A stretch of 64,000 nucleotides of DNA from an uncultured Alphaproteobacteria bacterium (GTDB lineage Bacteria > Pseudomonadota > Alphaproteobacteria > RF32 > CAG-239), in NCBI GenBank assembly GCA_944392295.1, contig CALXWE010000004.1, positions 45,819-109,818 on the forward strand. Direction: 5' to 3'. Below, piece by piece: positions 9,294 through 19,700 of the stretch. The notes beneath the pieces were generated by a model, which saw nothing but the letters and a program-made list of their open reading frames with translations, did no database searches and had not been told where the DNA came from. Position 1 is the first letter of the stretch, and each line of letters begins with the position of its first letter. Both the position numbers and the translations under genes were made by a program.

Positions 9294-9983
9294 ATGAAAA
9301 AGTTTTATTGTATATTAATTTTTGCATTTTGTGGGGTGTTTTGCAACGCAGCTCTCGCGGCGCCGACACCGGATGAAGTGTGCGCTAAAATTGTTCGTAA
9401 ACCAAAAGTCGAACTATCTGTTTCTTACGGCAAGCTGAAATATGATTTTTCTAAAAGCGGACGCAGTCTTACCAGAATGCATATTAAACATTACGGGGGA
9501 GGCGTTCCGGCCGGAAAATATGTTAACGGCTTGGCTACTAACGATTTAACTACCGAATTGACGTTTAAATTAACCAAAAACACCCTTAATAACGGTATGA
9601 CTTGCGTGTATCCTTCCGTGGTGGAACTGAAAGTTAAAATCGATAACCCGACTATTTATCTTGCTAAAGAAATGGAAAAAAATTCTTGCATGTACAATAT
9701 TGCCATGCGTCATGAACAAACTCATCAGCAAATAAATGTTGAAGCGTTTGATTATTATTTGCCGATGATTAAAAGTGCTTTGTTAAGAGCTGTGCAAAAT
9801 TTTCCGCTCATGAGCGGAAAAGCAGATGTAAGTTTGGTGCTTGCCAAGAAGCGTTTTACCGACGAATATATGAACGAGGTTAACCCCGTACTTAATGAGT
9901 TACAAAACGAAATAAAAACCGAACAAGCCAAACTTGACAGCCAATCGCATTACGACTATGAAGCCGCACTTTGCGGGAACTAA
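9294..9983 (+). CDS. Secreted putative Zn-metallopeptidase-like protein (DUF922-like, HExxH)
   Basis: Signal peptide ending at ALA|AP. HEQTH is an HExxH motif. The size and profile fit DUF922. Confidence 0.45.
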   Translation: MKKFYCILIFAFCGVFCNAALAAPTPDEVCAKIVRKPKVELSVSYGKLKYDFSKSGRSLTRMHIKHYGGGVPAGKYVNGLATNDLTTELTFKLTKNTLNNGMTCVYPSVVELKVKIDNPTIYLAKEMEKNSCMYNIAMRHEQTHQQINVEAFDYYLPMIKSALLRAVQNFPLMSGKADVSLVLAKKRFTDEYMNEVNPVLNELQNEIKTEQAKLDSQSHYDYEAALCGN

Positions 9984-9995
9984 ACTTTTGCGTTT

Positions 9996-10673
9996 TTACT
10001 CTTTATTTTTTTTGCAATCAGTTAAAAATTCAACGCAAGCATCAATGCCTTTGTAGGCAGCATCAATATATTCTTTGTCTTTAGATGAGTTATTTTGATA
10101 GTAAATTCTGATAGTGGCCATGCCGGTTTCTTTGGCAAACTCTAGGTTTGAATAACTGTCATCTACAAAAATGCAATCGTGCGGATTATAGCCGATTTTA
10201 TCACAATATTGACGGTAAACATCGGCACTCTCATTCTTTTTATAAACTCCGAAATCTTCAACCGAATAAAAGCGGTCTTTGAACATATCGTATAAACCTA
10301 TCCGTTTTAATATTTTCTCGGAAGCGTAACGATTACTTGCCGTAAATACGTATTGCTCAAACGGAATTTTTGCCAATTTTTCAGCTAAACCTTCATATGG
10401 CTCAATCAAATGAACGGGCTTGCGATTAAAGTAATATTCAAATAAATCTTTGGGAGATATGCCGTAGTCGCGATAAAAAACTTCACCTCCGTCGCGGTAT
10501 ACTTTGTATGATTCTTTTACCAAAGCCTTACATTCGGGCACGCTCATCTTTACGCCTAAATCTTTTACCAATGCTTCAGCCATGGCTTCATCCAATTTAT
10601 CGCCAAACTCGGGGGTTACTCTGTACAGTGTGTTGTCTAAATCCCAAATAACAACTTTTTTATCGCAAAACAC
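9996..10673 (-). CDS. HAD-superfamily hydrolase (pyrimidine 5'-nucleotidase-like)
   Basis: Motif I VIWDLDNTLY (DxDxT) is near the N-terminus. Motif III/IV is CIFVDDSYSNL. Confidence 0.7.
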   Translation of the reverse strand: MFCDKKVVIWDLDNTLYRVTPEFGDKLDEAMAEALVKDLGVKMSVPECKALVKESYKVYRDGGEVFYRDYGISPKDLFEYYFNRKPVHLIEPYEGLAEKLAKIPFEQYVFTASNRYASEKILKRIGLYDMFKDRFYSVEDFGVYKKNESADVYRQYCDKIGYNPHDCIFVDDSYSNLEFAKETGMATIRIYYQNNSSKDKEYIDAAYKGIDACVEFLTDCKKNKE

Positions 10674-10849
10674 GTTCTTTATTCTCCATTACTCAAATCA
10701 ACTCAAACACCTTAGATTAACATTTTAGATTTCGCCGTCAAGATTTATTTGTGATGTGAATTGATATATTTGTGTAGAATTTTGTAAAAAAATATTTGCT
10801 ATTATCAAAAATAGTTCTAAACTTTACGATGTTTTAATTAGATGAGGAC

Positions 10850-11878
10850 TTGAAAATGTTTCAAATGTATAAGGCTGGATTGTTATCGGTAGGTACCGTG
10901 TTGCTGTGGGCGTTAATGAACGTTAGTTTGCGCTACTGTATTTTGGAACACGGTTGCGATCAGTTTGCTATTGCTTGTTCAAATGCCGTTTTTTGCGGAT
11001 TGGCTCTGATTGCTATCGGTAATTATAAAATTAATGTTTGGAAAATTTTGAAAAATTATCAAACTTGGCTGTTTGGTCTTATACAGGTCTTGCGAAATGT
11101 TTGTATGATTTCGGCCTTTGTTTATATATCTTCAACTCAGGCCAACCTACTTACTAATATCGAAATCGTTTTTTCGGTTTTATTTGCCTGGTTTTGGTTA
11201 AAACGCCGCCCTTCAGGCGTTGATTTCTTTTCAATGTTCTTTATCATTTTGGGCTGTTTTATATTGGTGGCAGGTATTCCCTATGATGTAATGGGTATCG
11301 CAACCATGTGGGTGTTGGCAGCTTCGGTATTGTCTGCTTTGCATGCCTTGTTGGCCGAAATTCATCCTGATAATCGCGGCGATTTAACAATGAAAGATCG
11401 TTTCAGCGTTACGGGGTGGATTATGTTTGTCAGTGGCTTGGCCTTTATTTTGTTCTTTGCGGCACTCTCGATAATTGCTAACTTCTTGCCGGACGATTTA
11501 ATTTCTCAAACCTTTATCTTGAAACATTTGCCCGAGCCTTCAACCTATTTTGCTTGGAATAACCTTATCGGCGGCTTTGTTACCGGCGTGTTCTTTTATG
11601 CTATATCTATGTATTTTTATCTTTATGCCGTTAGTATATCAACCAGCGAATATTTTATGATGTACCGCTCAACTCAGGCTGTGTTTACTTATATTGTTGA
11701 AATAGGCTTTAGCGCATTTACCGCTTTGCCCTTCTTAGAACTTAACTTAAATGATTGGTTTGCCGCCGTTACTATTATTTTGAGCTCGCTGTGTATGATT
11801 TTAATGCGTACTCCGCGTGGCGAAAAATTAAGACGCGTGGTCGCCGGAATGTTTAAAACCATGTATCGTGACTCATAA
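10850..11878 (+). CDS. EamA/DMT-family membrane transporter (10 TM)
   Basis: Polytopic hydrophobic profile. The ISSTQANLLTNIEIVFSVLFAWFWLKRRPS segment is typical of EamA repeats. Confidence 0.5.
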   Translation: MKMFQMYKAGLLSVGTVLLWALMNVSLRYCILEHGCDQFAIACSNAVFCGLALIAIGNYKINVWKILKNYQTWLFGLIQVLRNVCMISAFVYISSTQANLLTNIEIVFSVLFAWFWLKRRPSGVDFFSMFFIILGCFILVAGIPYDVMGIATMWVLAASVLSALHALLAEIHPDNRGDLTMKDRFSVTGWIMFVSGLAFILFFAALSIIANFLPDDLISQTFILKHLPEPSTYFAWNNLIGGFVTGVFFYAISMYFYLYAVSISTSEYFMMYRSTQAVFTYIVEIGFSAFTALPFLELNLNDWFAAVTIILSSLCMILMRTPRGEKLRRVVAGMFKTMYRDS

Positions 11879-11907
11879 CTTAAACGGCTACGGCATTTTA
11901 TAATATA

Positions 11908-11940
11908 GGGCAGGCATCTGATTGAGAGCCTGCCTATTTT
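11908..11940 (+). terminator. Rho-independent terminator
   Basis: ggcaggc-N12-gcctgcc followed by tatttt. Confidence 0.55.
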
Positions 11941-12079
11941 ATGTTAATTTACTGACCGTTAATGCAAAGCTTAAACCTTAGGTCTGTGGTAAAGTTGATA
12001 AATCTTTTCAGAGCTTATCTTGAATTACGAATTTAAATGTTTATCTCCATATGCGGAAATCAATTTTAGGAGATTTACT

Positions 12080-12313
12080 ATGAAACATTTATCATTAATG
12101 AGTTTGATTTTGGCTTTGGTTGCTTTTGCTGCAGCTCCCTCGTATGCTCAGAGTATGTCGGATGATACTCAAGATACCGCAGATGTGGTAATTGAAGAAG
12201 ATGTTGTAACCGTAACTCCAGCAGATACTTCGGATTGTTCATCATCTCAATCTGCTGCAGATGACGGTGATGAAGAGGTTGTGGTTGAAGAAGATGAGGT
12301 TATGGCTGACTAA
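12080..12313 (+). CDS. Small secreted acidic protein, hypothetical
   Basis: AGGAGA RBS, then MKHLSLMSLILALVAFAAAPSYA signal peptide. The mature part is very acidic (D/E/V-rich). Confidence 0.5.
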   Translation: MKHLSLMSLILALVAFAAAPSYAQSMSDDTQDTADVVIEEDVVTVTPADTSDCSSSQSAADDGDEEVVVEEDEVMAD

Positions 12314-12332
12314 TATCTAATCAATATATATC

Positions 12333-12370
12333 CCCTAATCTTAGTTAAGGTTAGGGGATTTTTTTATTTT
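12333..12370 (+). terminator. Rho-independent terminator
   Basis: cccctaa-N11-ttagggg followed by atttttttatttt. Confidence 0.7.
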
Positions 12371-13651
12371 GAAGTTTCTTCAAGAGCCTCGCGCGTGGCT
12401 TCTAAATAAGCATAACCATATTTTTGATCAGGCTCTAAATGCGCGCCTTCCGCCCATTCGTTCCAGGCATTGATAAACACAAATTGTTCGTTGTCTTTAT
12501 GGTTTTTGTGGGTCCAGCTGATAATGTCTTTCAGCCAAGTTTTGTAGTCTTGCGGTGTGTTTTCACAAATTTGGGCACCGTTATAACATTTGCGGGGAGT
12601 GTTGTCCCATGACGGAAAACAGCCCTTAAAAAATCTTAACCGAAGAGTCGTATAGGTAGCCTTTTTCTTTTACAAATTTTGCCATGTCATAGCATATGCC
12701 CTTAAATTTAGAATTAACGATTTTTTCCGATTTTTGATCAAGCATTTTGCTTAATCCGGCCGGAAAAAATTCTACCAGGGCATCAAAGCCATATTTGTTG
12801 ACGGTCTCGGCATATTCGCTTCGGGCTCCTTTGGCGGTGGTTATTAAATATATTCCTTCAAATCCCTCATTTCTGGCAATGCTTTGTATTTTATTTATGA
12901 AAGCCTTTAGGGTATCAAGAGGGTATTTTTGCGGCTGATACAAAATCAATAAGGGACGGTTATCAATTTTAATATAACGCGAATCTTTCATAAAGGGTAA
13001 AATATCTTGCATAAATTTTTCGGCATCACCATCAACAATTTCTTGCTTATAGAGTATTTCTTTTTCTTTACCGTTATCCCACAGCATTGACCAATCTTCG
13101 TTGGCCCAAAATAAGAAAAACGGCATATCCAAAGAGGTGTCGGCTAAAAATTTTTGAATGGGCTTTTCCATAATCTTGGTGCCGGAAAACCAGTAATAAT
13201 AAAAGCAAAAACCATATATACCGTATTGCTTGGCAAGCTCAATTTGGCGTTTCATAACATTAATGTTATCTAAATTATAATAGCCGACATCAATCGGAAT
13301 ATGAGGCTGCCAATGACCGACGTACTGCGGCACGGCTTTGGAGGTGTTTGACCATTCGCTAAAACCGCGGCCGAACCATTTAATGTTTTCTGCAAAATCA
13401 TGGTATTGCGGCAGGTAAAAGGCAATGGGTTTTACTTTATTTGAACCGTTATATAAATTGTTGCGGTCGCAGCCGATAAATAACGATTTATCAAGCTGAT
13501 GATTGAGCACATATTCTATATAAGCGTCTTTATCATTATCGTTTATGACTGCCGCTTGTATTTTTTCTTTATGACGGATTTTAATTTTTATGCCTAAAAA
13601 TTTAATAACGGTCAGCTTTTTTTCTTTATTGATACCAAACAGAGAAGACAT
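12364..13651 (-). pseudogene. WbsX-like glycosyltransferase (Glyco_tran_WbsX family), interrupted by a frameshift at a T6 run near 12623..12632
   Basis: The annotated ORF 12626..13651 has the WbsX hallmarks (FYLPQYH, ENIKWFGRGFSEW, YYYWFSG). The conserved C-terminal ~85 aa (WDNTPRKCYNGAQICENTPQDYKTWLKDIISWTHKNHKDNEQFVFINAWNEWAEGAHLEPDQKYGYAYLEATREALEETSK) continue in another frame from 12625 down to a stop at 12364..12366. The break lies in attttttaagg on the coding strand. Confidence 0.6.
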
Positions 13652-13653
13652 TT

Positions 13654-14316
13654 TTATGCCTCCAGATATTTATCAATGATTTTTACGGCAAAGTCTATTT
13701 CTTCCTGAATGGTCATTTTTGAAGTATCAAGCAAAACGGCATCGGGTGCCGGTTTGAGCGGCGCAGTGCTGCGTTCGCTGTCGCGTTTATCGCGGGCGGT
13801 TAAATCTGCCAGAACCTGTTCAAAAGTGGTATCTATACCTTTGGCAGTAAATTCGGCAAAACGGCGTTTGGCTCTCACTTCAGGAGATGCTACCACAAAA
13901 AATTTAATATCGGCGTGCGGGCAGACTACTGTTCCCGTATCGCGACCGTCGTAGACAACGCCGTTGGCGGGAGTGCCGTCGGCAAATACCGGATTTAACG
14001 AAAAATCTTGTTGCATTTTAAGCAAGGCTCGTCTTACCTTGGGTAGTGCCGAAACTTTTGAAGCTGCCGTACCGCCTACCTGTGAACGGAAATCCGGGTG
14101 TTGGGATAATTGCATCATTTTGCTAAAAGTTAATTCTTTGGCAGCTTTTTCTGCCAAATTTTCATCTTCTGGATTTTGTCCGCTTAAAACCATCTCAAGA
14201 CCTACTGCGCGGTATAACATACCGGTGTCAAAATATGCCAAATGGTAGCGTTCGGCTAATGCCGATGATAAAGTGCCTTTGCCGGCGGCAGCCGGTCCGT
14301 CAATCGTAATTATCAT
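13654..14316 (-). CDS. cmk: Cytidylate kinase
   Basis: MIITIDGPAAAGKGTLSSALAERYHLAYFDTGMLYRAVG is the P-loop and CMP kinase signature. Confidence 0.9.
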   Translation of the reverse strand: MIITIDGPAAAGKGTLSSALAERYHLAYFDTGMLYRAVGLEMVLSGQNPEDENLAEKAAKELTFSKMMQLSQHPDFRSQVGGTAASKVSALPKVRRALLKMQQDFSLNPVFADGTPANGVVYDGRDTGTVVCPHADIKFFVVASPEVRAKRRFAEFTAKGIDTTFEQVLADLTARDKRDSERSTAPLKPAPDAVLLDTSKMTIQEEIDFAVKIIDKYLEA

Positions 14317-14406
14317 GATTTTTTCCGTTCCTGTTATAATGTTATTATTTCCTTAACATAATTTTTATACAATGTATAATCAAACTAACATTTTATACAA
14401 AGATAT

Positions 14407-15150
14407 TTGAGAGTAAACGTGAGTAAAAAAAATAGAATAAGACTTTATACCGATGTTAACTTAGAGCAGGGCGGCATTGTGGAGTGTAATGAAAATCAGA
14501 CTCATTACCTTAGTAACGTGTTGCGCTTGCAGGAAGGTGATGAAGTGTATTTGTTTAACGGTAAAGACGGTGAATTTAAAACTCATATTAACAAACTTTC
14601 AAAAAAGAGCATTGAGCTTGCGGTTGATGAGTGCTTTTTACCCTTTACGTCCAGCCCCGATTTATGGCTTTTGTTTGCTCCACTTAAAAAAGATAATACC
14701 GATTTGGTAACGGTAAAGGCTACCGAACTCGGGGTTTCCAGATTATGCCCGATTATCAGTGAATTTACCAATACGGTAAACGTACGCAGGCAAAGGCTTA
14801 ATTTGTTGGCGGTGGAAGCTGCCGAACAATCAAGAAGGCAAGATGTTCCGCAAATTGATGAGCCGATGGATTTATGTAAACGACTTGCCGAATGGCCGCA
14901 AAATCGAACGTTGTTTTATTTAGATGAAACAGGCGGCGGTAAAACTATTATACAGGCTTTGCAAAATATATCCGGACCGGCAGCTTTTTTGGTTGGACCG
15001 GAAGGTGGATTTTCGCAAAAAGAACTGGAATTTTTAAGAAATTGCTCTTATACTTGTCCCATAACGCTCGGGAAAAGAATTTTACGGGCCGAAACCGCAG
15101 CTGTGGCAGCTTTATCTTGTTGGCAGGCTTTGTGTGGTGATTGGCGTTAA
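14407..15150 (+). CDS. rsmE: 16S rRNA (uracil1498-N3)-methyltransferase RsmE
   Basis: N-terminal PUA-like domain. The C-terminal SPOUT domain has the LFYLDETGGG and FLVGPEGGFSQKELEFL motifs. The start is uncertain (TTG 14407 or GTG 14419). Confidence 0.75.
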   Translation: MRVNVSKKNRIRLYTDVNLEQGGIVECNENQTHYLSNVLRLQEGDEVYLFNGKDGEFKTHINKLSKKSIELAVDECFLPFTSSPDLWLLFAPLKKDNTDLVTVKATELGVSRLCPIISEFTNTVNVRRQRLNLLAVEAAEQSRRQDVPQIDEPMDLCKRLAEWPQNRTLFYLDETGGGKTIIQALQNISGPAAFLVGPEGGFSQKELEFLRNCSYTCPITLGKRILRAETAAVAALSCWQALCGDWR

Positions 15151-15163
15151 TTTTTATTCGATT

Positions 15164-15877
15164 ATGAGGAGAACGGATTTGAAAATACTTATTGCTGATG
15201 ATCACGAGTTGTTCTTAAGAGGATTGGAATTTATTTTGAAATCTGATTATCCTAATGCTCAGGTGTGTTTGAGCAAAAATTATACGGAAGTTTTTGAACA
15301 GCTTGAAAAAAATACCGATTTCGATTTGATTGTTACCGATTTAGCTATGCCCGGAGCTAACTGGCTTGAGGCTTTGAAAAAAATTCATGATATGGCCAAA
15401 GATACGCCCATCGTTATTATTTCAGCCGTTTTTGATAAGGAAATTGTACAGAAAACTCTTGAGGTTGGAGTTTCGGGGTACATACCGAAGTCTTCTTCCA
15501 ATGCTGTTATGTTAAGTGCTATTAATTTGGTTTTGGCAGGGGGAGTTTATATTCCTCACGAGCTGTTAAATAATGAAATAGATAATAAGGAAATTACCCA
15601 AGAATTTCAAAAGTTGAAAACCTTTAATGATAGTGAAAAAAATAATGAAACGGCTGCCAATAAAAAGAAACTTACTCCAAGGCAAATAGAGGTGGTTCGT
15701 GCCATAGCCAGAGGATTGTCTAATAAAATGATTGCTTATGAACTGGGTTTGACCGAAGGTACGGTTAAAGTTCATGTTACGGTCATTCTTAAAGTATTAG
15801 GCGTTACTAACCGAGTAGCTGCCGTTATGGAAGCCGTAAAGCAAGGTTATGTTTCAAAAAATGAAGTTAATTTGTAA
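15164..15877 (+). CDS. Two-component response regulator, NarL/FixJ (LuxR-type HTH) family
   Basis: The receiver domain has DD and a phospho-acceptor Asp in LIVTDLAMPG. The C-terminal LuxR HTH is LTPRQIEVVRAIARGLSNKMIAYELGLTEGTVKVHVTVILKVLGV. The start is trimmed to MRRTDLKIL. Confidence 0.8.
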   Translation: MRRTDLKILIADDHELFLRGLEFILKSDYPNAQVCLSKNYTEVFEQLEKNTDFDLIVTDLAMPGANWLEALKKIHDMAKDTPIVIISAVFDKEIVQKTLEVGVSGYIPKSSSNAVMLSAINLVLAGGVYIPHELLNNEIDNKEITQEFQKLKTFNDSEKNNETAANKKKLTPRQIEVVRAIARGLSNKMIAYELGLTEGTVKVHVTVILKVLGVTNRVAAVMEAVKQGYVSKNEVNL

Positions 15878-15903
15878 ATACCGTTAGATTATGAGGAAAA
15901 GGT

Positions 15904-16641
15904 ATGCCTGCTACAAAGTATAATATTGTTAAAAGCTCTAAGGCCGTTAAAACTCCGGCTTATGTTAAAGAGATATATGGTAAAATCTATGAAAATGAAA
16001 AATTGTGCCGCTTTTTAGATGATGATCGCATAGTTTCCGTTATGACATGGGGATTGCAAAATCGTTTGGTAGATGATGTGGTTAAAGAGATAAGTACTAA
16101 CAGTAAGGTGCTGCAAATAGGTTGCACTTTCGGTAAGCAAATCGGTGCGGTGGCCGAAAAAATCGGTGCTTACGGAAAGTATGTTATTGAAGATGTTTGT
16201 CCGCAACAAATAAATCGCTGCCGTAGTAAGGAAATTTATCAAAAAATAAGTTTCCAATCGCATGATGCGAGCCGGCCTCGCAGCGAAAAGTATGATACCG
16301 TTATTTGCTATATGTTATTGCATGAACTACCCCCTGTTACCAAAGCTAAAGTGATAAACAATGCCTTGGACAGTGTTGATGAAGGTGGAAAGGTTATATT
16401 TGTGGATTATCACAAACCAAGCAAATGGAATTTGTTGCGCTATATAATACAGCCTTTTAACCGTTTGTATCAACCGTTTGCCGAAAGTATGTGGAAATAC
16501 GGCATTGAAGACTATGCCAAAGATAAAGAGTGCTTTGTGTGGCGCAAAAAAACTTACGGTGGCAGAATGTATCAAAAATTGGTAGCAGTGCGGCAAATTC
16601 CGGCGTATGAAAAGCCTGTGGTAAAGCCCAGTTTTTATTAA
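15904..16641 (+). CDS. Class I SAM-dependent methyltransferase-like protein with atypical motif I
   Basis: Rossmann MTase topology, ~245 aa. Motif I reads VLQIGCTFG instead of the usual VLDVGCGTG. Confidence 0.55.
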   Translation: MPATKYNIVKSSKAVKTPAYVKEIYGKIYENEKLCRFLDDDRIVSVMTWGLQNRLVDDVVKEISTNSKVLQIGCTFGKQIGAVAEKIGAYGKYVIEDVCPQQINRCRSKEIYQKISFQSHDASRPRSEKYDTVICYMLLHELPPVTKAKVINNALDSVDEGGKVIFVDYHKPSKWNLLRYIIQPFNRLYQPFAESMWKYGIEDYAKDKECFVWRKKTYGGRMYQKLVAVRQIPAYEKPVVKPSFY

Positions 16642-16656
16642 CTCAAAATACAAAAT

Positions 16657-16700
16657 AAAAGCGGTACTTTTACAAAAGCACCGCTTTTATTTTATTGGGT
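16657..16700. terminator. Bidirectional terminator between convergent genes
   Basis: aaaagcggtac-N10-gcaccgctttt with T-runs on both sides. Confidence 0.5.
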
Positions 16701-19700
16701 TATAGAATTGTTATTTTCAAGTTTCTTTTGGCGATACATACGTATCAACTTGGTTATGTAATTTTGTATCATTGAAACCATATATTTTTGATTATAGCTG
16801 TTGTGAATTTCATCATAATTATCTGTAGATGAAATGTTTTGCGTTTCTTTACCCTTTACAAAAAGTTTGATAAGAGCTTTTTTAAGTGCGGTCGGATTGG
16901 TGTTTTCTTGGGCTAAAAATACTTCTAAACCTTTTCCGGCAACACTGCGTGTTAGGGAATTGGGGTTACGGGACTTAAAGGTATCCGACATACCGCGAAT
17001 AACTTCCTTATCATTTTTACCGGAAAGCAATATCGCTCTTACAGCATTATATCCGGCTAAATCTTCGTTAGTCTTTGAGTTGTTAATGCTTTGTGCTATC
17101 TTAATAATGGCGGCAATTTTGGCGGCGTATTGCGATTTATAATTACCGCTTTTATATAACATCATATAGGTTGTTATCATATCGGGAGTTTCGCCTTCGC
17201 CCTTTTCGGCTACCGTAAAGTTAAAGGTATCGTATAAAAGACGTCCGAATTCATATCGGTCCTCAGGTGAAAATGGATGATTGTTTTCTTGTCTGTTAAT
17301 GGTATAGATAACCTCTTTCATGATGCCTTTTAAAATGGCCGTATCAACATTTTGACGTTTGATTAATTCTCCGATTGTCGGCATAAATTCCTTTGGTATA
17401 TCCGGACTTAAGGAATTTTTATCAAGTTCCTGAATGCGATCGGCCATTATTTTGAGTAATGGTATTTTAACTTCCGATGCTTGTTGAACTTTAATTATTT
17501 CTTTCTTGATTACGCTGCCTATTTTGGCGGGTAAATACTTAAAGGAATCGGCGTACATATTAAACAACATACTGCCTAAAAATTCTCTGTCCGAATACGA
17601 TAATAAATTTTGTTCTGAATAAAATAAACCGAGTTGTTTTATTCCTTCATCAACAAAACCGGTTATGATGCTTTCATCAATTGAGGTATTGCCGTCAGCT
17701 AAGGCGTTGTTTATACAATCTACCAAATCAATGATTTGAAAATCTTTATAAAAATCAATAACAGAGAGCAGTGTCTTTAGGCAATCTGATAAGTAGGATG
17801 AAGTCGTTTGTTTTAGCCGATAAGCATCTTCAATTTTGTTTCCGAGAGTAACGCTGAACTGACGGAATAAATTTCCTTCAAAATTACTGCTTACCATTTT
17901 CTCAAAAGTTTGGTATAAAAATTTTCCAAGCAATTTTTTATCTTGTGCCGAGGCATATACGGTGGCTCGTGCTCCACTATCAAAAATACAAATGGTATTA
18001 GTTTCCGGATTGAGGCGTATCTGTCGGCCAAATTCAGTATTGCTGACATTTCCCCCGCTTATTAATTTGCTTAATTTAAGACTGTTATAAATTTTATTTA
18101 CTACCTGTCTGTAACGTAAATTTTTAATTGTATCTAATGTGTTGCCGTAACTTCTTTCCATTTCTGCCCAAGTTTTACCGTAAGCTGTCCAATTGGCTAC
18201 TCTTAGCTTAATCTTATAACCATCAATTTCAAATTCACGGTGATTGTAGGTCTTTTGGGCCGCTTTTAGCTGCTCGTAGCCTACACTTAAATCGGTCTCA
18301 ATTATAACATCATGTCGGGTTTGAGTAATTATTTGTAGAAGACTATTGATGTTTTCGGATAACAGATTGTCGTGGAATAAGTCGTACAAAGTGTCTTCAA
18401 ATGCCTTAAATTCTTTTTCGGCAGAAGTTTTTGTAGCAGCATAAACGATTTTTACAACTTTGTCGCTTTCAAATGGTGATTTGTTTTTTTCAAGTGCACC
18501 TTTTTCTAAAGTTATAAAATACGGATTGGAGCTTAGGCTGCGTCCGAGCCAGATGTTTGAACTGTAATCAAGTTTGTTATCGTCATCTTGTGTATTATAA
18601 AAGTCAAGCCATTCAAACAATTCCCAACGAGCTGGGTGCTGCTCCTTAAACTTTATTTTTTGTAACTCTTTACGTATATATTTAGGCAGAGCTAAACAAA
18701 CTGTTGCCGATTGTGCTATACGTGTAGCAACCGGACCGGCATTTTCTAAAAAGATGCGGGTGCACTCTGCTAAATTTTTATTAGCATCGATGGTTGCCGG
18801 TGTCTCAAGGGCAGCGCTCATGGCTGCAGCCAGATATAATGTGCGCTCTGAATTTTTATGAGCTTTGATGTAGCTGTGTAAAATCTTACATACAATTTGT
18901 TTCTTAACATCATCAACAGCGGGTAACAAATGTTTACATATGCAGTTGAAAATGTGCTCCCAATCATTGGCCGAAATCCCTAAATTAGAAGCTTGGATAA
19001 CTTCACCTAAAATGACGGCACGGGCCTCTATTGGATATCCCCAAAATTCATGGTAAAGCATATCAAGAGTTTGCGGAGATATTCTTTCTTTACGAGAGCG
19101 TTGACTTTCTTGCAGTGCAGAATTTAAATGCTGGCTGTAGGCTTCACAATCCTTGTTACTACCGAATGTTAAAAGAAAGTCTATCAGATTATCGGCTTCC
19201 GTGCGGGATAAGGATATTAATGATTTAATTGTAGCAAATCCGGCAATTTGCAGCCTACATCCGTCATCTTCTTCGCTTATTTCCATAAAACTTGCAGGGT
19301 AGGGTTTTAACAGAAAAGCAAGTTTTTTTTGTGCTACAAATCTTTCTGCCAACAAGTGTGATAATTCAAGTCGGTCAGCCTGATTAACATTTTCATCAAT
19401 GTCTATGCCGAACATATTTTGTTCATAACTGTAGCCGTGCAGTTTTTGAGCATATACTTTTACTTTGTTGTAAAGGGATTCTGATTTGTCATCAATTTGT
19501 GAACCGCAGGAGCTAAATACCGATTGTACCCATAGCTGTTGATAACGCCTTCTTAAATCGGGGTCTAAAATACGGTGCTGCTTATTGATGAAAATATCGT
19601 AATAACTGTTTTTTAATTCAGGCTCGCGAATACTTTCTATCTCGGGAATAAAGTTTTCCAAAAATTGATGTTGTAAAACATAATCGTCGGCAAATCCGTT

